64,000 nucleotides of DNA, taken from Adineta vaga. Taxonomy: Eukaryota; Animalia; Rotifera. The stretch is from positions 6,944,001 to 7,008,000 of the forward strand of contig CP075495.1 in the NCBI GenBank assembly GCA_021613535.1, given 5' to 3'. The notes beneath the pieces were generated by a model. That model saw nothing but the letters and a program-made list of their open reading frames with translations, searched no databases and was not told the DNA's origin. Below, piece by piece: positions 1 through 20,900 of this stretch (the first letter of the stretch is position 1; each line of letters opens with the position of its first letter). Both the position numbers and the translations under genes were made by a program.

Positions 1-253
1 ATTGAAGAAGAATATCAATAATACAAGTCATTGGCAAAATCAACAGTCTGTTTATATTGTCAATAATAATTATGATGAATTACATTTTGCACTTTCTCGT
101 CAATCACTTCAACTTAATCAAACAGGATTTCATCTACAATTTAAATGGTTTTCAGCTGATTTGCTATATACAATTGATCCGCTTAATTTCATTGATAAAG
201 GAGATTCAGCACCCAATGGTAGATTTGCATATACATATGTGGCTAATAAGTAA
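1..253 (+). CDS. 3' part of a gene entering from the left edge; unknown product, C-terminus reminiscent of bacterial carbohydrate-active or hypothetical proteins
   Basis: Frame is open from the window edge: ...LQFKWFSADLLYTIDPLNFIDKGDSAPNGRFAYTYVANK*. Composition is protein-like. The FKW...F..GD.AP.GRF.Y.Y ending recalls bacterial proteins (memory only). A further short 3' exon via GT at 250 cannot be excluded. Confidence 0.5.
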   Translation, partial: LKKNINNTSHWQNQQSVYIVNNNYDELHFALSRQSLQLNQTGFHLQFKWFSADLLYTIDPLNFIDKGDSAPNGRFAYTYVANK

Positions 254-2147
254 TAAATCAATAGACAATGAAAAATCGATTTTCTATAAATGATGTCAGA
301 AAAAATAAATATCAATCATCCATTAACAGTCGTTTGTCTTTTTGTTAATCGAATATGAGAGTTTTTCTTTTAGGTTTATATCACGCTATAACAATAATGT
401 CAGTCGCTCGATATACGATATAAGATGAACGTGCTCAATGTTAAAATCAAAGTCGTTCTTTTTTTAAGGTCATAATTGCGTTATTAACGATGAGCCGGAA
501 ACGACTACCACTCCTACTGGCATCATTGTTGTGCATTGATGAATCCGTTTTTTTTTCTGCAATTAATGAGCTTCGAAAAAGCAAAAAGAAAAGATCATCT
601 GCATACATGCATTTGTTGACGTAGGACAAGATATTATTTACGGTAACACTGAACCATTTTTTATATTTTTGTTTAATAGATATCCAATAATGTAGATATA
701 TACATAGAGGAAAAGATTAGCCTATAGTAAGCATTAGCTTGTTTTGTATACATTATCAGTTTTTTCGTAATCTTCTCTTCTATCCGAAATCTTATATCAT
801 TTTATTGGCAGCTATTTCCGCTCGTCATCTAGTCATAGATTTGTTTTGTTGATAACATCTCTCGTTCCTACCATCTTTCGATGTCTGCGACAATTTCTCT
901 TATTTTTTGATTATGCCAATAACACGGATGTTCGCTGATTGATGGTTCGATTGAGAGGTTTCAAAGAGAGTGCATCTATATATATATATATACAAACATA
1001 TTCGCACTAAATACTACTAAACGTTTGGTCTCGTGTGCAAAATGTGGTAAAAAATGCTCTCTTTTATATCTGTCTATTTTATGTGGACCTGCTCGGTTGT
1101 TATTCTAGCCTGATTTATGCATATCGAGTTATTGTTTCTGTCCCATTTTCTCTTGCTCTTCTCTATCGTAACTCCTTAGATATATATATATACAATCTCC
1201 TTAGTAGTTTGCAGTCGTTCCGCATGTAACTGGTGTGTTCTTTTCAAGATGCAACGATGAGAACGATGACGTGCATATTTTATCTATCTAAGATGTGCTC
1301 TTACGTCTCTCTTCTTTTTTGACGTGACAGAAACGATTCTATGTGAGACTTGTTTTTTTTATTTTTTGTGCACATAAATATATATATATATATATATACA
1401 GACAAATTCTTTTTCCACACATATGAATATATACGAGACATACATATATATTTATATCTATATATAATATTGATTGATTCACCAAATCAGTTTGTAATCG
1501 TGCTAAATAGAAGAAGTGTCGATAGAAAAAACAGTGAATCTGGTAAAGTAGGACTGATACGATTGAAGAATAAGAAGTAGCAGTAGCAGTTATTATTGTA
1601 AAGAACACGCATCAAAGCATAAAATAACAGAAGACAGGAAATGTGTGAGATAGATAAGCAATGTAAACACAGTAAGAAAAAGAGCATATAGTTCTATCAA
1701 ACGACCTCTAATACATCTTTCGGAAATAGATATATTATTATCATCGACGTCACTTTTATCTGTCACCACCCTTCTATCTATTCCTACAAATTTCACTTCG
1801 AAAATTTACAGATCTTTTCTTTCTCTCATTCTCTTATTAGAGAATATTACAAGAAATGTATGCTAACGCGCGCATATACACCGTCTTTTAAATTTGTGTC
1901 TCTGTGGATTTGAGCGTTCCGTCAACGGTTGTCGTTCTCTTTCTCTACTAGTTCTTCTTCTTCTTTTTCTTTGGCTTCGTCTTCTCGTTTCTTTTGCACA
2001 AGCCGTGCGTCTTTGTCTCAACAACGTCGTCGGCAGAGTACACTATTTTATCCGATCATATACACAAGAGCCAGCCAACCAAACAGCCAGTCTGTGTTAC
2101 AATCTTCGATGTGTGTATGTGAGTGTATGCGTGTGCGTGATGTGAAT

Positions 2148-2212
2148 TAAAGAGAGAGAGAGAGACGAGGCGAGAAAGAGACACAAGAGGGAGAGAGAGA
2201 GAAAGCGAAAGC
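2148..2212. repeat. Purine-rich (GA)n microsatellite tract
   Basis: aaagagagagagagagac...gagagagagagaaagcgaaagcga. Other simple repeats lie at about 1378-1398 (TA), 4672-4690 (GTC), 25162-25186 (GAA) and 47820-47834 (TG). Confidence 0.85.
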
Positions 2213-4940
2213 GAGATCTGATCTGCTCGTTTTTGTTACTACTACTCCTGCTATTGCGGCTGTGACTACTATTACGACTTCTGTTGCTACTACTGCTGCT
2301 TCTGATGTCGTTGTCGATGCAAACAGCAGGAAATTGTGAAAGAGAGAGCGAGGGAGAGAAAATACCGCTGGCAATGTTGCTTCGAGCTCTGACTGTTCTT
2401 CTTTCTTGTTACCCGTTTTCATCTTCTTTGTTTTTCATGTTGTCATTATTGCATGCTATTTATTGTTTTTGTCACTCCATCATCATTCGTACTATTTGTT
2501 CAATAGTGAGAAAGACTGGAAAAGTGAGAAGAAATGCATGACTATTTATCGCCTTGTTTGAAGTTCTGCTCAAGATATGATGATCTAGACTTTATTTCTC
2601 TATTTTGGAGATGATTTTTACTTTACTATTAACGGATAGTCGAGATCTCCAACGAAAGCGAAAATCTGGACATGGTCATCAAATATCTATAATGGATCGT
2701 TGTCGTCGTATTAGTAATAATTGACGAAACGAACATATTCACTAATCATTACGCACAATACATGATACGTTGGCGACGTCAACAAATACTTCCATCAACA
2801 GGTATGCAATATTTGTAGCAAGTCACATTGTTTACTTAAAACTCTTACATACAAAAAGAAAAGAATTTTTAACGACAAACGTTTTTCCTCAAGGCGCATC
2901 GAAGTATGCATTCAATGCAATTAGACTTTAAAAACGGCTCTATAGCCCCGATACTGCACCCGGTTTTTTTCCAGACTATTGCGGTTTCCCATCTGTCCGA
3001 CATCAGATCTAATTAAAAAGCAAGTGTATGGTTGTTAGCGTAATTTGTTCTCTATTCTTGTTTTTTCTCTCGCTCGCTTTTTCGTTACAGTAATGCGCGA
3101 TACAACATCTCTCACGTCATATCTTGTGCACGTAGTTAATCTTCATCATACTGTTTTTCATGTAGTCATTAATTTTAACCGTTAGATTTTTTTCTTCTTA
3201 TATTGCGTGCATTCATATTCGACATGTTTTTAAATATGTTTGAGTTTTTTTCTCTTTTCTTTGATTCTATCATTTACATTTCTAATCAAAATAAGAACAT
3301 AAAAACTGTTAGTAAGATTATATATATATATATCTATGTATATCGTGTGCTCAACTCGTCGGTTTAGTCATTCCACTTTCGAATTGTCTAAACCTAACAA
3401 GTTTTGTCATTCAAGACATATGTATACTACAAATGAATATATACATCTCGTTCTATTTCTTACACATCAGATTGATGAAAATAGTTAATTAAATTATTTA
3501 TCATAGATGATGACGATGAAGACGATCATAACTAGAAATGAGAAAAAAAGCGAAGAGAAAAAGAGACATTGAAATCGACCATGAACAATAGTTGTTCTTG
3601 AACATGAGAAACTTTTTCTCTCTTATTCTTCTTTCTTTCAGAAAAAGAACTACTTTTATTACAAGTATGTTTACATGTCAATTATATAAAGTAAAAAAGA
3701 AAAGGAAAAATAGATGCAGAGAGAAAAAATATATCTTTATGGATATATATATTGTTTCTTGTTATTGACGTACTTCCGAATACCTTGAGTGTGTCATAGA
3801 TTTTGAAGATAAAACTTCAAGATGATGAACGTATTCTTACTAGTGATTGTATTTGTCTCTTATTTTCTTGTCGTAATTAGAAAAGGAAATTTGATTGATG
3901 AAAACCTAGTTGTTTAAATATAGTAGTTTCTTTCGTTAATTGCTGCTTTTTGTTTAATGATTCGAATGAAGCCAAACAAATGAAGCAAGTAGTAATCATG
4001 ATTTGAAGTGTACTTTCAATCAAATGAATTCATGTGTATAAAAAAGCGAAACACGATCAACTGAGGATATATTTTTTCTTTTTCCTTTTTTCTCTCCTTC
4101 TTCTTCTTTTTCTCTTCTTTTTCCATTCTGACTGTTTTTTTCTCCCTGTGCGTCTTATTTGAAATAGAAAGATGAAATAGGAAGTTGAATGGAAGAAGAA
4201 TAGCACATATTTTTACTTCTGCACATGTCGAACTCGTTAATCGAGGACAAAAAGGAAAATCTACACATAAGCAATGTTATTTTCTTATAGACTCTCGAAG
4301 AAAACAAGGGAGAAAAAAAGAACAAAGATCTACGAAAATTTGTAATATCTGTTAAACATATTACATGCAAATCTATAACAGAAATGTGGAACACACAAAG
4401 ACACATATTATGCACATATAAATATACTGAAAGAACGAAAGGGTACCGATGAAAGAACAGAAGAGAAGGACTAGTTTTAGGTTTTCCCAGTTTGTTGCTG
4501 TTAGCAATGGCAGAACAAAGTATAGAAGGAACTGGAGGGAACATAATGAAAGACAATCGACCGCGTCGCTCGATTCTTTTTTTCTTCTTCTTCTTCTTTT
4601 TTTCTGCTTGTCTCTTTGTCTGTGACTCTCTTTCTCTGTCGTCTTGTTTCTATATGCTAGCCGATAGAAACGTCGTCGTCGTCGTCGTCGTTTAGTTTTT
4701 ACGATCGTCGAAGGGGAAAATGGAAAACAGAGTGCCAGGCTTTTCTCTATACCACTGCCGATGCTGTGCACAGAGTCGATCGTGTGTGGCTGTACAAATA
4801 GTTAATTAAAGCAACTGCTTCTGCTACTTGTCGTCTTCAACACTGAAGTCATAACGAGTGACGATAAATTGGTAACCAGACGAGCATCAGATTCTGCTTT
4901 TTTGTGTTGATTTTGAACTCGTTTTCTCTTTCCAAGTACG

Positions 4941-6951
4941 ATGACAACGACAGTATTACCAAAAGCAACATCTTCAATCGTCAATGTTAATATGACATCC
5001 CCGACGGGAAAGGTTTGCGATTCTCTTGTTTATTGATTAATCTTTCTATTTATTGATTCAATATCTGATTTAGCTCGAGTAATAAAGTAACAGTAGTAGA
5101 AATTATTGTGATAATAGTTCTTTATAGGAGAATGATGACGTTAATGCAGATTAACAAGCCATCTATCCATCGAACTGTTTGTCATTCCATTTATGCCGTA
5201 CGATGACATGATAGACATTGATGCATACATTGTATGACAAGCGACCTCGTGCAATAAAATGATTGTTTAACGACATATACAGAAAAAAAATGCAAGAATA
5301 AAAAAAAGAAGGAGAATGAGTAGAAGATGAAGTCTCCTATGAGGCACATTATTTGCTTTTTTATATGGTTTTTTTTCGAATCCTTAGTCTTGAATATGTT
5401 TATGCGCGTGTGATCTTCCATAAAAAAAATGCCAAATCATAATAAATTAACGATGTCATTTTCTTTTTGCTTCATATTTATTTAGAAAATGCCATTGGAA
5501 GGAAGCTATGCAGTATGGAATAATCGTGGTGGTTCAGGCAAAACAAATTTAACTTATCATTTAGCTATTAAATATGCATATCGAAATCCAGATAAAACTG
5601 TTCTTGTTGTTGATATGTGTCCACAAGCTGATCTTAGTCATGCATTTCTCGGTAAGTCTTATCGATAAAATCAAAATCTCATTTTTAATTTATTTGATTT
5701 GATCTAGGCGATGACGAAGATGGGCATGATTATGTTTCACAAATTGGTTCGCTTAAAAAAGATCCAATGATTCTCGATGGTCAACAACGTATCCCACGAA
5801 CAATATCGGGCTATTTAGATATTTATACATCCGTTGGTTTACCAAATAATGTTGATCCACGAACATTTCTATTCAATGTATCCAAATTTAACAATCAATT
5901 ACCTCGAAATGTAAGAGATATAAATCGTTTGATTATTTTCTCACTATTTCATATACATACAGGTTTATCTATTATGTGGTGATCAATCCCTAGAATTATT
6001 ATCTAAAGCTATGGATTTAAAACGAAGTTCAAATACAATCACTCCTTATGCTAATCCATGGCGTACAATAACACAAAGTTTACGTGCTTTTGTACATAAA
6101 ATAGGCGAACGACGTGGAATTAAATTAATGACCTTTATTGATACAAATTCATCCTTTAGTATTTGTACAGAAATCGCATTAACAGCTGCTGATCGTTTGA
6201 TTCTACCTGTTAGTGAAGATCATCTACACCGGAATGGTTTTGAATACCTTTTTAGGTAAGATAAATAAATCAAATTCATTATAAATTTTAATAAAAACAA
6301 ATCTTTTATTCTAGTCTTCTTTATGGTTTTTCCCAACCGTCCAGTATTTATTATTATTATCGTCATTATAGTTTTTATTATCGAGCTGATGAAAATGGTG
6401 TTAAATTACCTAAAATTCATTTAATTTTATGCAAAGTTTCATCGAATAATCCTGAAATGAAAATTGGTATTGGCGGAAATACACCAGCAGCTACTGAAAT
6501 CGAGAAATGTTGGCGTTTTGTTTATGATATTTATACGAAACATCGCGACGCATTTGAAATGCATACAATTCCATCATCACCGATCCCATCATCGAATGAA
6601 CGATCAACTTCGATGACTCCACGTTTATCATCCATATCCATGACACCAACCTTCCATCATCAACAACGTTATTCAGCCTCAACTCCTGTTACACCTGCAA
6701 CTATAAGTCATTTTCATAATCATATTACACATACAAATCATTCGAATGAACAATATCAAGCCCAAACATTCGAAGACTTTATGCAACAATATGTTATGCT
6801 CATTGGTAATGAAAGCAATGTTGTATCCCGTATAGCTATTAAATCACATTCACCTTTACTTGCCGTCAAACATCCTCATCCATCCCATGAATATCAAAGC
6901 TGTGCACAAACATTCGACAAAACATTAAACGATATTGTCGAACGTATATAA
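4941..6951 (+). CDS. ParA/Soj (MinD-like) P-loop ATPase of bacterial type, 5 exons (4941-5012, 5486-5651, 5708-5910, 5963-6255, 6315-6951)
   Basis: Spliced translation contains YAVWNNRGGSGKTNLT (deviant Walker A), VLVVDMCPQADLS (A'/switch I), LLCGDQSLELL, FIDTNSSFSICTEIALTAADRLILPV (Walker B region) and LPKIHLI. All introns are GT-AG and keep the frame. Exon 1 is inferred from an in-frame phase-0 join; an alternative start is the ATG at 5489. Confidence 0.88.
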
Positions 6952-8620
6952 AGAGAAAAATACCATGTGATCCGATCACTAAAGTCTTCCTCAAGATAAA
7001 ACATCTGATCTTTTTCTTTCCTATGTGTACAGTAATAAGTTTTATTTCTTTTTTTTTCTTTGTCTTCGTCTAACTCTCGTGTCTTTTATTCTCTTTTTCT
7101 TCTTCTTCTCTTTGTCATTCGCGACATACACACATATACAAATCACAAATGCAACACAAAACAAAACAAGGATAGCGATTCAGGATCACATAGGTTCATA
7201 TATATGTGTCTGTTTGATGAGCAAAATCACATGCAGATTTTGTATAGACAATAAAGTTTTGCTCATCAAACAAATATTATTAGTTTCAATTTTCTTTTGT
7301 TTATTATATTTTTTTTTCTTAACTTTCCCCTATACAAAATAACATGCACTGGATTTATTACCGAGTGAAAGGATATCTCATATTTGGTAATAAAATATGA
7401 TCCATATAAATTAGTAAAAAAAACAGCTTATTATCTACTTCTGAGAGTCGTTTGATTATTTAGAAGCATGCAACGAGCAAAGAAACGGATAATCATAGTA
7501 AATTGACATGAAATTAAACAGAAAATAATTATATTAAAGATGTCAATCTTGGAACTATTTCTGATTAAAGATTTTCAATTAAATTGATGTGATACTGCAT
7601 AATTTGTGCTCGTAAAACAATATAATACGAGTTATTTTTAGAAACTTTCAAGATGTTCTCTATGAAAAATGATGCATTTTTTCTTTGAAGAACTATTCAA
7701 TATTAATTTTAGTAGAAGAAAATTTTTCTTCTCACCCCAATTCTAGATACATCAATCAACATATTCCTTCAGTCGTAAAAAAAGAAGATATGTCGAGAAA
7801 TTTATCAAAACAAACAACTATATATTTCGTCGGTTTCTTTTGGCTGTATAACAGCCATAATAATATCAGCAACTGACATAATGAATGATATTGTCTTGAT
7901 AATATCTAAAAATACATTATCTATCAATAGTTAGTTGACAGACCTTTAACCTAAAAACAAACATATCTTAATTATATTGTTGATAGAATTCTCTCGAGAA
8001 GTTTTAATTTTTCCACCTACTCAACGACATTTTGTGATAGAAAAAGAGACATTTGGCTTATTGAAGACGAATAAAAACCTTGTCCATCATTCTACGTTAG
8101 CAACATGAATAGTGTAAGTCTTTGAAAGTGAACTTAATCACATATCCTAATGTTCCTTGATGATGATCTCCATTACGTAATGTTAAATAATGAACATTTT
8201 CAAGGTCTATGGTCGAAATTTGAGTTGAATTGAACCGATTAAAGAATGAAATTACGTGAGAACATGATTTCATCTTTTTATACATATTATAATCCTATTC
8301 TTGATAACTATATATATATATATATATTCGTCATTCTGTTCTTTTCTCTTAGTAATCTCTTCACACTCATTGTACACACTTCAATATATCTATAACAGTC
8401 GTCATCACTGATTACCTTTGATCACAATTGTTGTGTGCGCTAGAGGAATATCACCATACATACACTAATTCCTCTTTTTCACAAGGCAAAAATACAGGAG
8501 AAAGTGAGATCATGATCATGTGCTAGTCCACCTTCGCTTATTACTCAACTCGACAGACGGCATTGCGTCAAACGAAAAATATAAAACAAATAGTACCGTG
8601 TCGCGGTACATACTCTCTCT

Positions 8621-8727
8621 CTATATATATAATCGATCACATCTCAAATAAATTATTAGATATTTAACCCTCACTATCTTCATCATCATCATCATCGTCT
8701 TCATCATCATTTGCTCAGTTAAGAATG
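8621..8727 (+). promoter_or_regulatory. Putative distal promoter and first exon of the EGF gene (ends in ATG|gtaagt)
   Basis: TATA-like run at about 8622-8632; ATG at 8725-8727 is followed directly by the consensus donor GTAAGT; it joins in frame to the acceptor at 9384/9385. Confidence 0.45.
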
Positions 8728-9333
8728 GTAAGTGAACTATATTCAAGTATTCTCTTCTATGACTCATCTTCATTCAAGAAAATAAAGTAAAACATTGACT
8801 TATTACGTAGTTGCATAGTGTTAACATATATAATCGAAGGATATTAAAATGAAAGTTTAGTCATTCTCGAATCCGTTTTTCTATTGATTGTCTTAATCTA
8901 ATCACAAATAGTTTCGACATCTATTTTCTTTCTTTTCATCATTAACCTAAAGTACAATCAGCTATATACTTAAAATAATCCAACACTCCTTAGATTGTCC
9001 TTTAGAAAGTTGAAATTACTATACGAAAGAAGAATAAGAAGAAGACAAACATATGTCATGATTACATTACTCGGTATTCTATTGTAGACAATTACGTATT
9101 ATTCAAGGATTGTATTATCATCATATTGTATGTTTATATGAACAAAAAGAAAAAAGAAGCATAAGAGATGTACCTTCAACTTTGTATCAAACAGAATATT
9201 TATAGACTAATGAGTAAATAGCAGTCTGTAGTAAACGTAGAGCACTAAATGAAGGATATAAAATAAAAAGAAATAAACGAAAGTTTATGAATTTTTCTCT
9301 ATCGAAAGAATATTTTTGAAAGTTTGTAAAATC

Positions 9334-17246
<7,913 letters not shown>

Positions 17247-17930
17247 CAAAAAATTACTTGTGTTATCCATTTACTTCAGCATCTCTCTATGCAAATAGTT
17301 TGTTATTATTTCTCCTCTTTTTTCCCCCTGGAACAATATATTTGTCTTTTACCTATAATTACCAGTCTTTTGTTTTCTTTTATCCTATTTAATAAATCTA
17401 TAGAACAAGCTTTCTCTGTCTACATAGTTCATATCATTTTATATTCCTCTAAATAGCTTTGATCGAATGAAACATTAAGAGACTAGACAGATGTATTTAG
17501 CATGTATATATATATATGTATATATAATGCAAAATAATGGATTAGCGTCTTTCTGTGAATATTACTCATAGTTCAGGTGAATCTGAACAAAAAGAAAATA
17601 GATATTCATTTATTGAAATCAAATCATGACTTTTATTCTTTTCTGTAATGAAAAACAAAACCATTTACAAATTTATTCAACAAATACCACTACTCTAGTT
17701 ATTTTTTTTATAAAAGAAAAACAGCAAAATGATAATATTGAATATAATACAAAACAAACTAACTGCATTAATTAGTATAACATCTGACGAAATTATTAAT
17801 TTAAAAAACGAAGAAGAAAACGCAACAAATGCATAAACAGAAATAAGAATTCAAAATAAACATGTATTTACATTGAAAAAAAAACAAATTAAAAATTTAG
17901 CTAGATTCTTTCTATTTATTTTATTTTATT

Positions 17931-20900
17931 TTAAATGGCACCAAATTCGGTAATAAAAACTTGATCATTAAATGGAATTTGTTGTTGATCGGATAATTGT
18001 GATTGTTTTGCTACAAGAGGAGATTGAACAATCGACGGATGTAAACGATGACGACGAATAGAACTATGTATATCATGATTCATATGTTGATTTGGATGAA
18101 TAAGAAATGATTGAGTTGATGAACAACGACGTTGATTTGATGTTGAAGATGAAACATCATTGAGTGATGGTTGAAGACCTAAAGGCGATCAAATGATATT
18201 ATATATGTTTTAATTTTGAATGACAAGTGATATAATCATATGATCTAGGTCTGATGAGAGAGCGTAAATATTAACTCATATATCTTCTTCAGTGGGTAAC
18301 GTATGAAATCATTTATATGAAATTCTTTGACATGCAGATTCTTCTTACTTACAGACTTGATAAATAAATTAAATTAAACAAAGATAATTACCTGGTGAAT
18401 CACGAATTGGACGAAATGGTGATTGACGATGAGTATTTAAAATCTAAAAATGATTTTTTGAAAAAAATCAAATGATAATGATTTTAAACATACAAATTCT
18501 GGTGCTTTTGTTTGCAACGAAATACGCATTGGTCTAAAACGAAACAAAAAAAAATCAATATCTATCCAATTGTATACAATTCTTTTCCAATTACGTTGAT
18601 GTTTTTATATCTTCAATTGTTGGAGAATCTTCAGCTTCCTCTTCATCATCTTCTTCTAGACAAAAAATAAAAATAAAGAGAAGATATTTATCTATTCTCT
18701 AGTCTATTCGATCACTCATACCTTTTGATGATGTATCTGCTAAACTATCAGTCGACTGATGAAGACGATCTAAATCTATAACATAAAAAAAGAAAAGTAA
18801 AATGTCAAGCTTTCCTAGATTCTATATTTTACCTTTTTTATTTTTGTAATTTTCAGAATCTAACGGTTGATTATGACGTGCAGATGTTAAACTTGATGAT
18901 ATCACATCTGGTGCTAGATTATTTGATTATAAAAATAGAGTTAGTAAAACCGAAAAGAAAACTAATTTCATACTTGTTGATCGAGCATGCGACATTGGTG
19001 TACCACTATTATCAGTAAAGGAAGAACATGGACTTATTGCACGTTCATTAGAATCACCATGATAAAGTTGACCATCAGCAGATGATGTTCGTGTACGACG
19101 ATTAGCCAAACGATCAAGAATATTTCGAGTTTTTCGTGAAACAGATTGAATGAGACCGCGTGAACTTCTATATATTATGAAATCACAACAAACCATCGAA
19201 TTTCAATCATTTATATCTCTATTCTTACCGTCTTGGTTTATGTATTGGCATATTTTTATATTGTTCCATAATTTTCATTTCTAATAATTCTTTTTGTCGC
19301 ATTAATTGATGAAGTTGTTCTCTACGAACAATGAATTTAGAGATTATATCGATTTGTTTTCAATGATATACATACAAATAACCACGTGCTTCTTCATGAA
19401 AAAGATCTTTATTACTCAATGCCTGTGCTAGAACATTTTGATTTTGTTGTACAAGATTATGTAATTGTTCAATAAGTTGACTTTTTTCTTCTTCAGTTCG
19501 TTCCGTTTGTTGTTCAAGAAACTAAAAAACAAACAGAATAATTCTGTTTCCTTAATTAAATTTTATCTTCAACAAACTTCATATTTCATTATTAAATTTG
19601 CATATTCTGCATTAATATTTGTATATTTCATTTGTATATTAGTAAAATCACTTCTCGATTTACTCAATTCTAATTTCATTTCATCTAATTGTTGTTTTAA
19701 ATTTTGATTACGATTCATTGCTTCTTGTAAATCATCCGTTCGTAATTGATATTGTTTTTCTAAGAATAAATACTGTTCATCAAACGGTTTTTGTTCAGCT
19801 AATTTTGTTTCATATTGATGAATTTGTTTTAATAAATAACTAATACGATTTAATAAATTCTGTTTCTCTTTAACAATTGTATCTAATTCAATTTGTAAAT
19901 ATTTACATTCTTTTGTTAACATACGATTTGCTGTACGTTGATCAGTTAATTGATTGATAGTTGTATCAAATTCATGTTCAAGTTTAGTATAAAGTTTTTG
20001 TAATTGATCATGATCATTGATTAATTGTTCATTTGTTTGTTGAAAATGTTGACAAGAATTCAATGCCATAGTACGATCATTTTCAATTTGTTCATTATAT
20101 TGATGTTGTTTGAGATTTTCATTTTGAAGAGATTCAATACGTATTGTTGCTTGTTGAAGATCCGTTTGTAAACGTGATTTATCGGCTTGTAAATCTTGTA
20201 TATGATGATTTAAAGTTTCGATTGTTTCTTTTAATGATCGTTGAATTGAAATATGAACTTTATCGGATTTTAATGCAAGATCCTAAAAGAATATCAATCA
20301 TATTCATAGATTTTAGAAGTTGATGTTCACTTACTAGACGTTGTTGCATTTCAGCGACTTGTTCATGTTTTCTAAATCACAAAAAAGAAACATCATATTT
20401 CTATAGGATTGATGAAATTATTGAAATAGAAACCTTTGTTCATCATTTTCATTGATTTCTTGTGAAATTTCATGAAATAATTTCTCTTGTAATTCTTCAC
20501 GTAATTGAACTTCTTGTTTTAAATCATTTTTTAATTTTTCAATCGAAATTTCATTTTGTAGAATTGTTTTCTTTAAATGTTCACTTTCATCATGTTTTTT
20601 CTTTAGTTTAATTTGTATTTGTCGTGTCAAATCACAAGCATCATTTAATTTCTTCGTTAATTCTTTATATTCTTCTTCATTATAACGTTGTTTTAATAAC
20701 ATATAATCATTCTGTAATTTTCGAGTATTTTCCTCTTCATTTAAACGATAATCATTTAAAAGTTGAATTTGTTTCTTTAAATCGAAATTTTCTTTTTCAA
20801 TCTGTTCATTTTGAAGTTGTCTATCGATTAATTCTTTTTCTAATGTTTTTACATGTGCAATTTGTCGAAGATGACATTCATTCGTATGTTTTAATTCAAG

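Noticed and set aside
447-4984. Many 60-130 aa ORFs in the ORF track
   Set aside because: They are translations of microsatellites and poly-T or poly-A tracts (Phe/Leu/Lys-rich), often with non-ATG starts, and show no domain or exon chain.
4941-6951. Bacterial contamination as the source of the ParA-like gene
   Set aside because: It has four spliceosomal introns, host-like composition and continuity with metazoan genes, with no operon context.
18380-18780. G-alpha-binding (GBA) motif in the CCDC88 tail
   Set aside because: The closest sequence (SPTIEDIK) lacks the required T-hydrophobic-x-x-F-L pattern.
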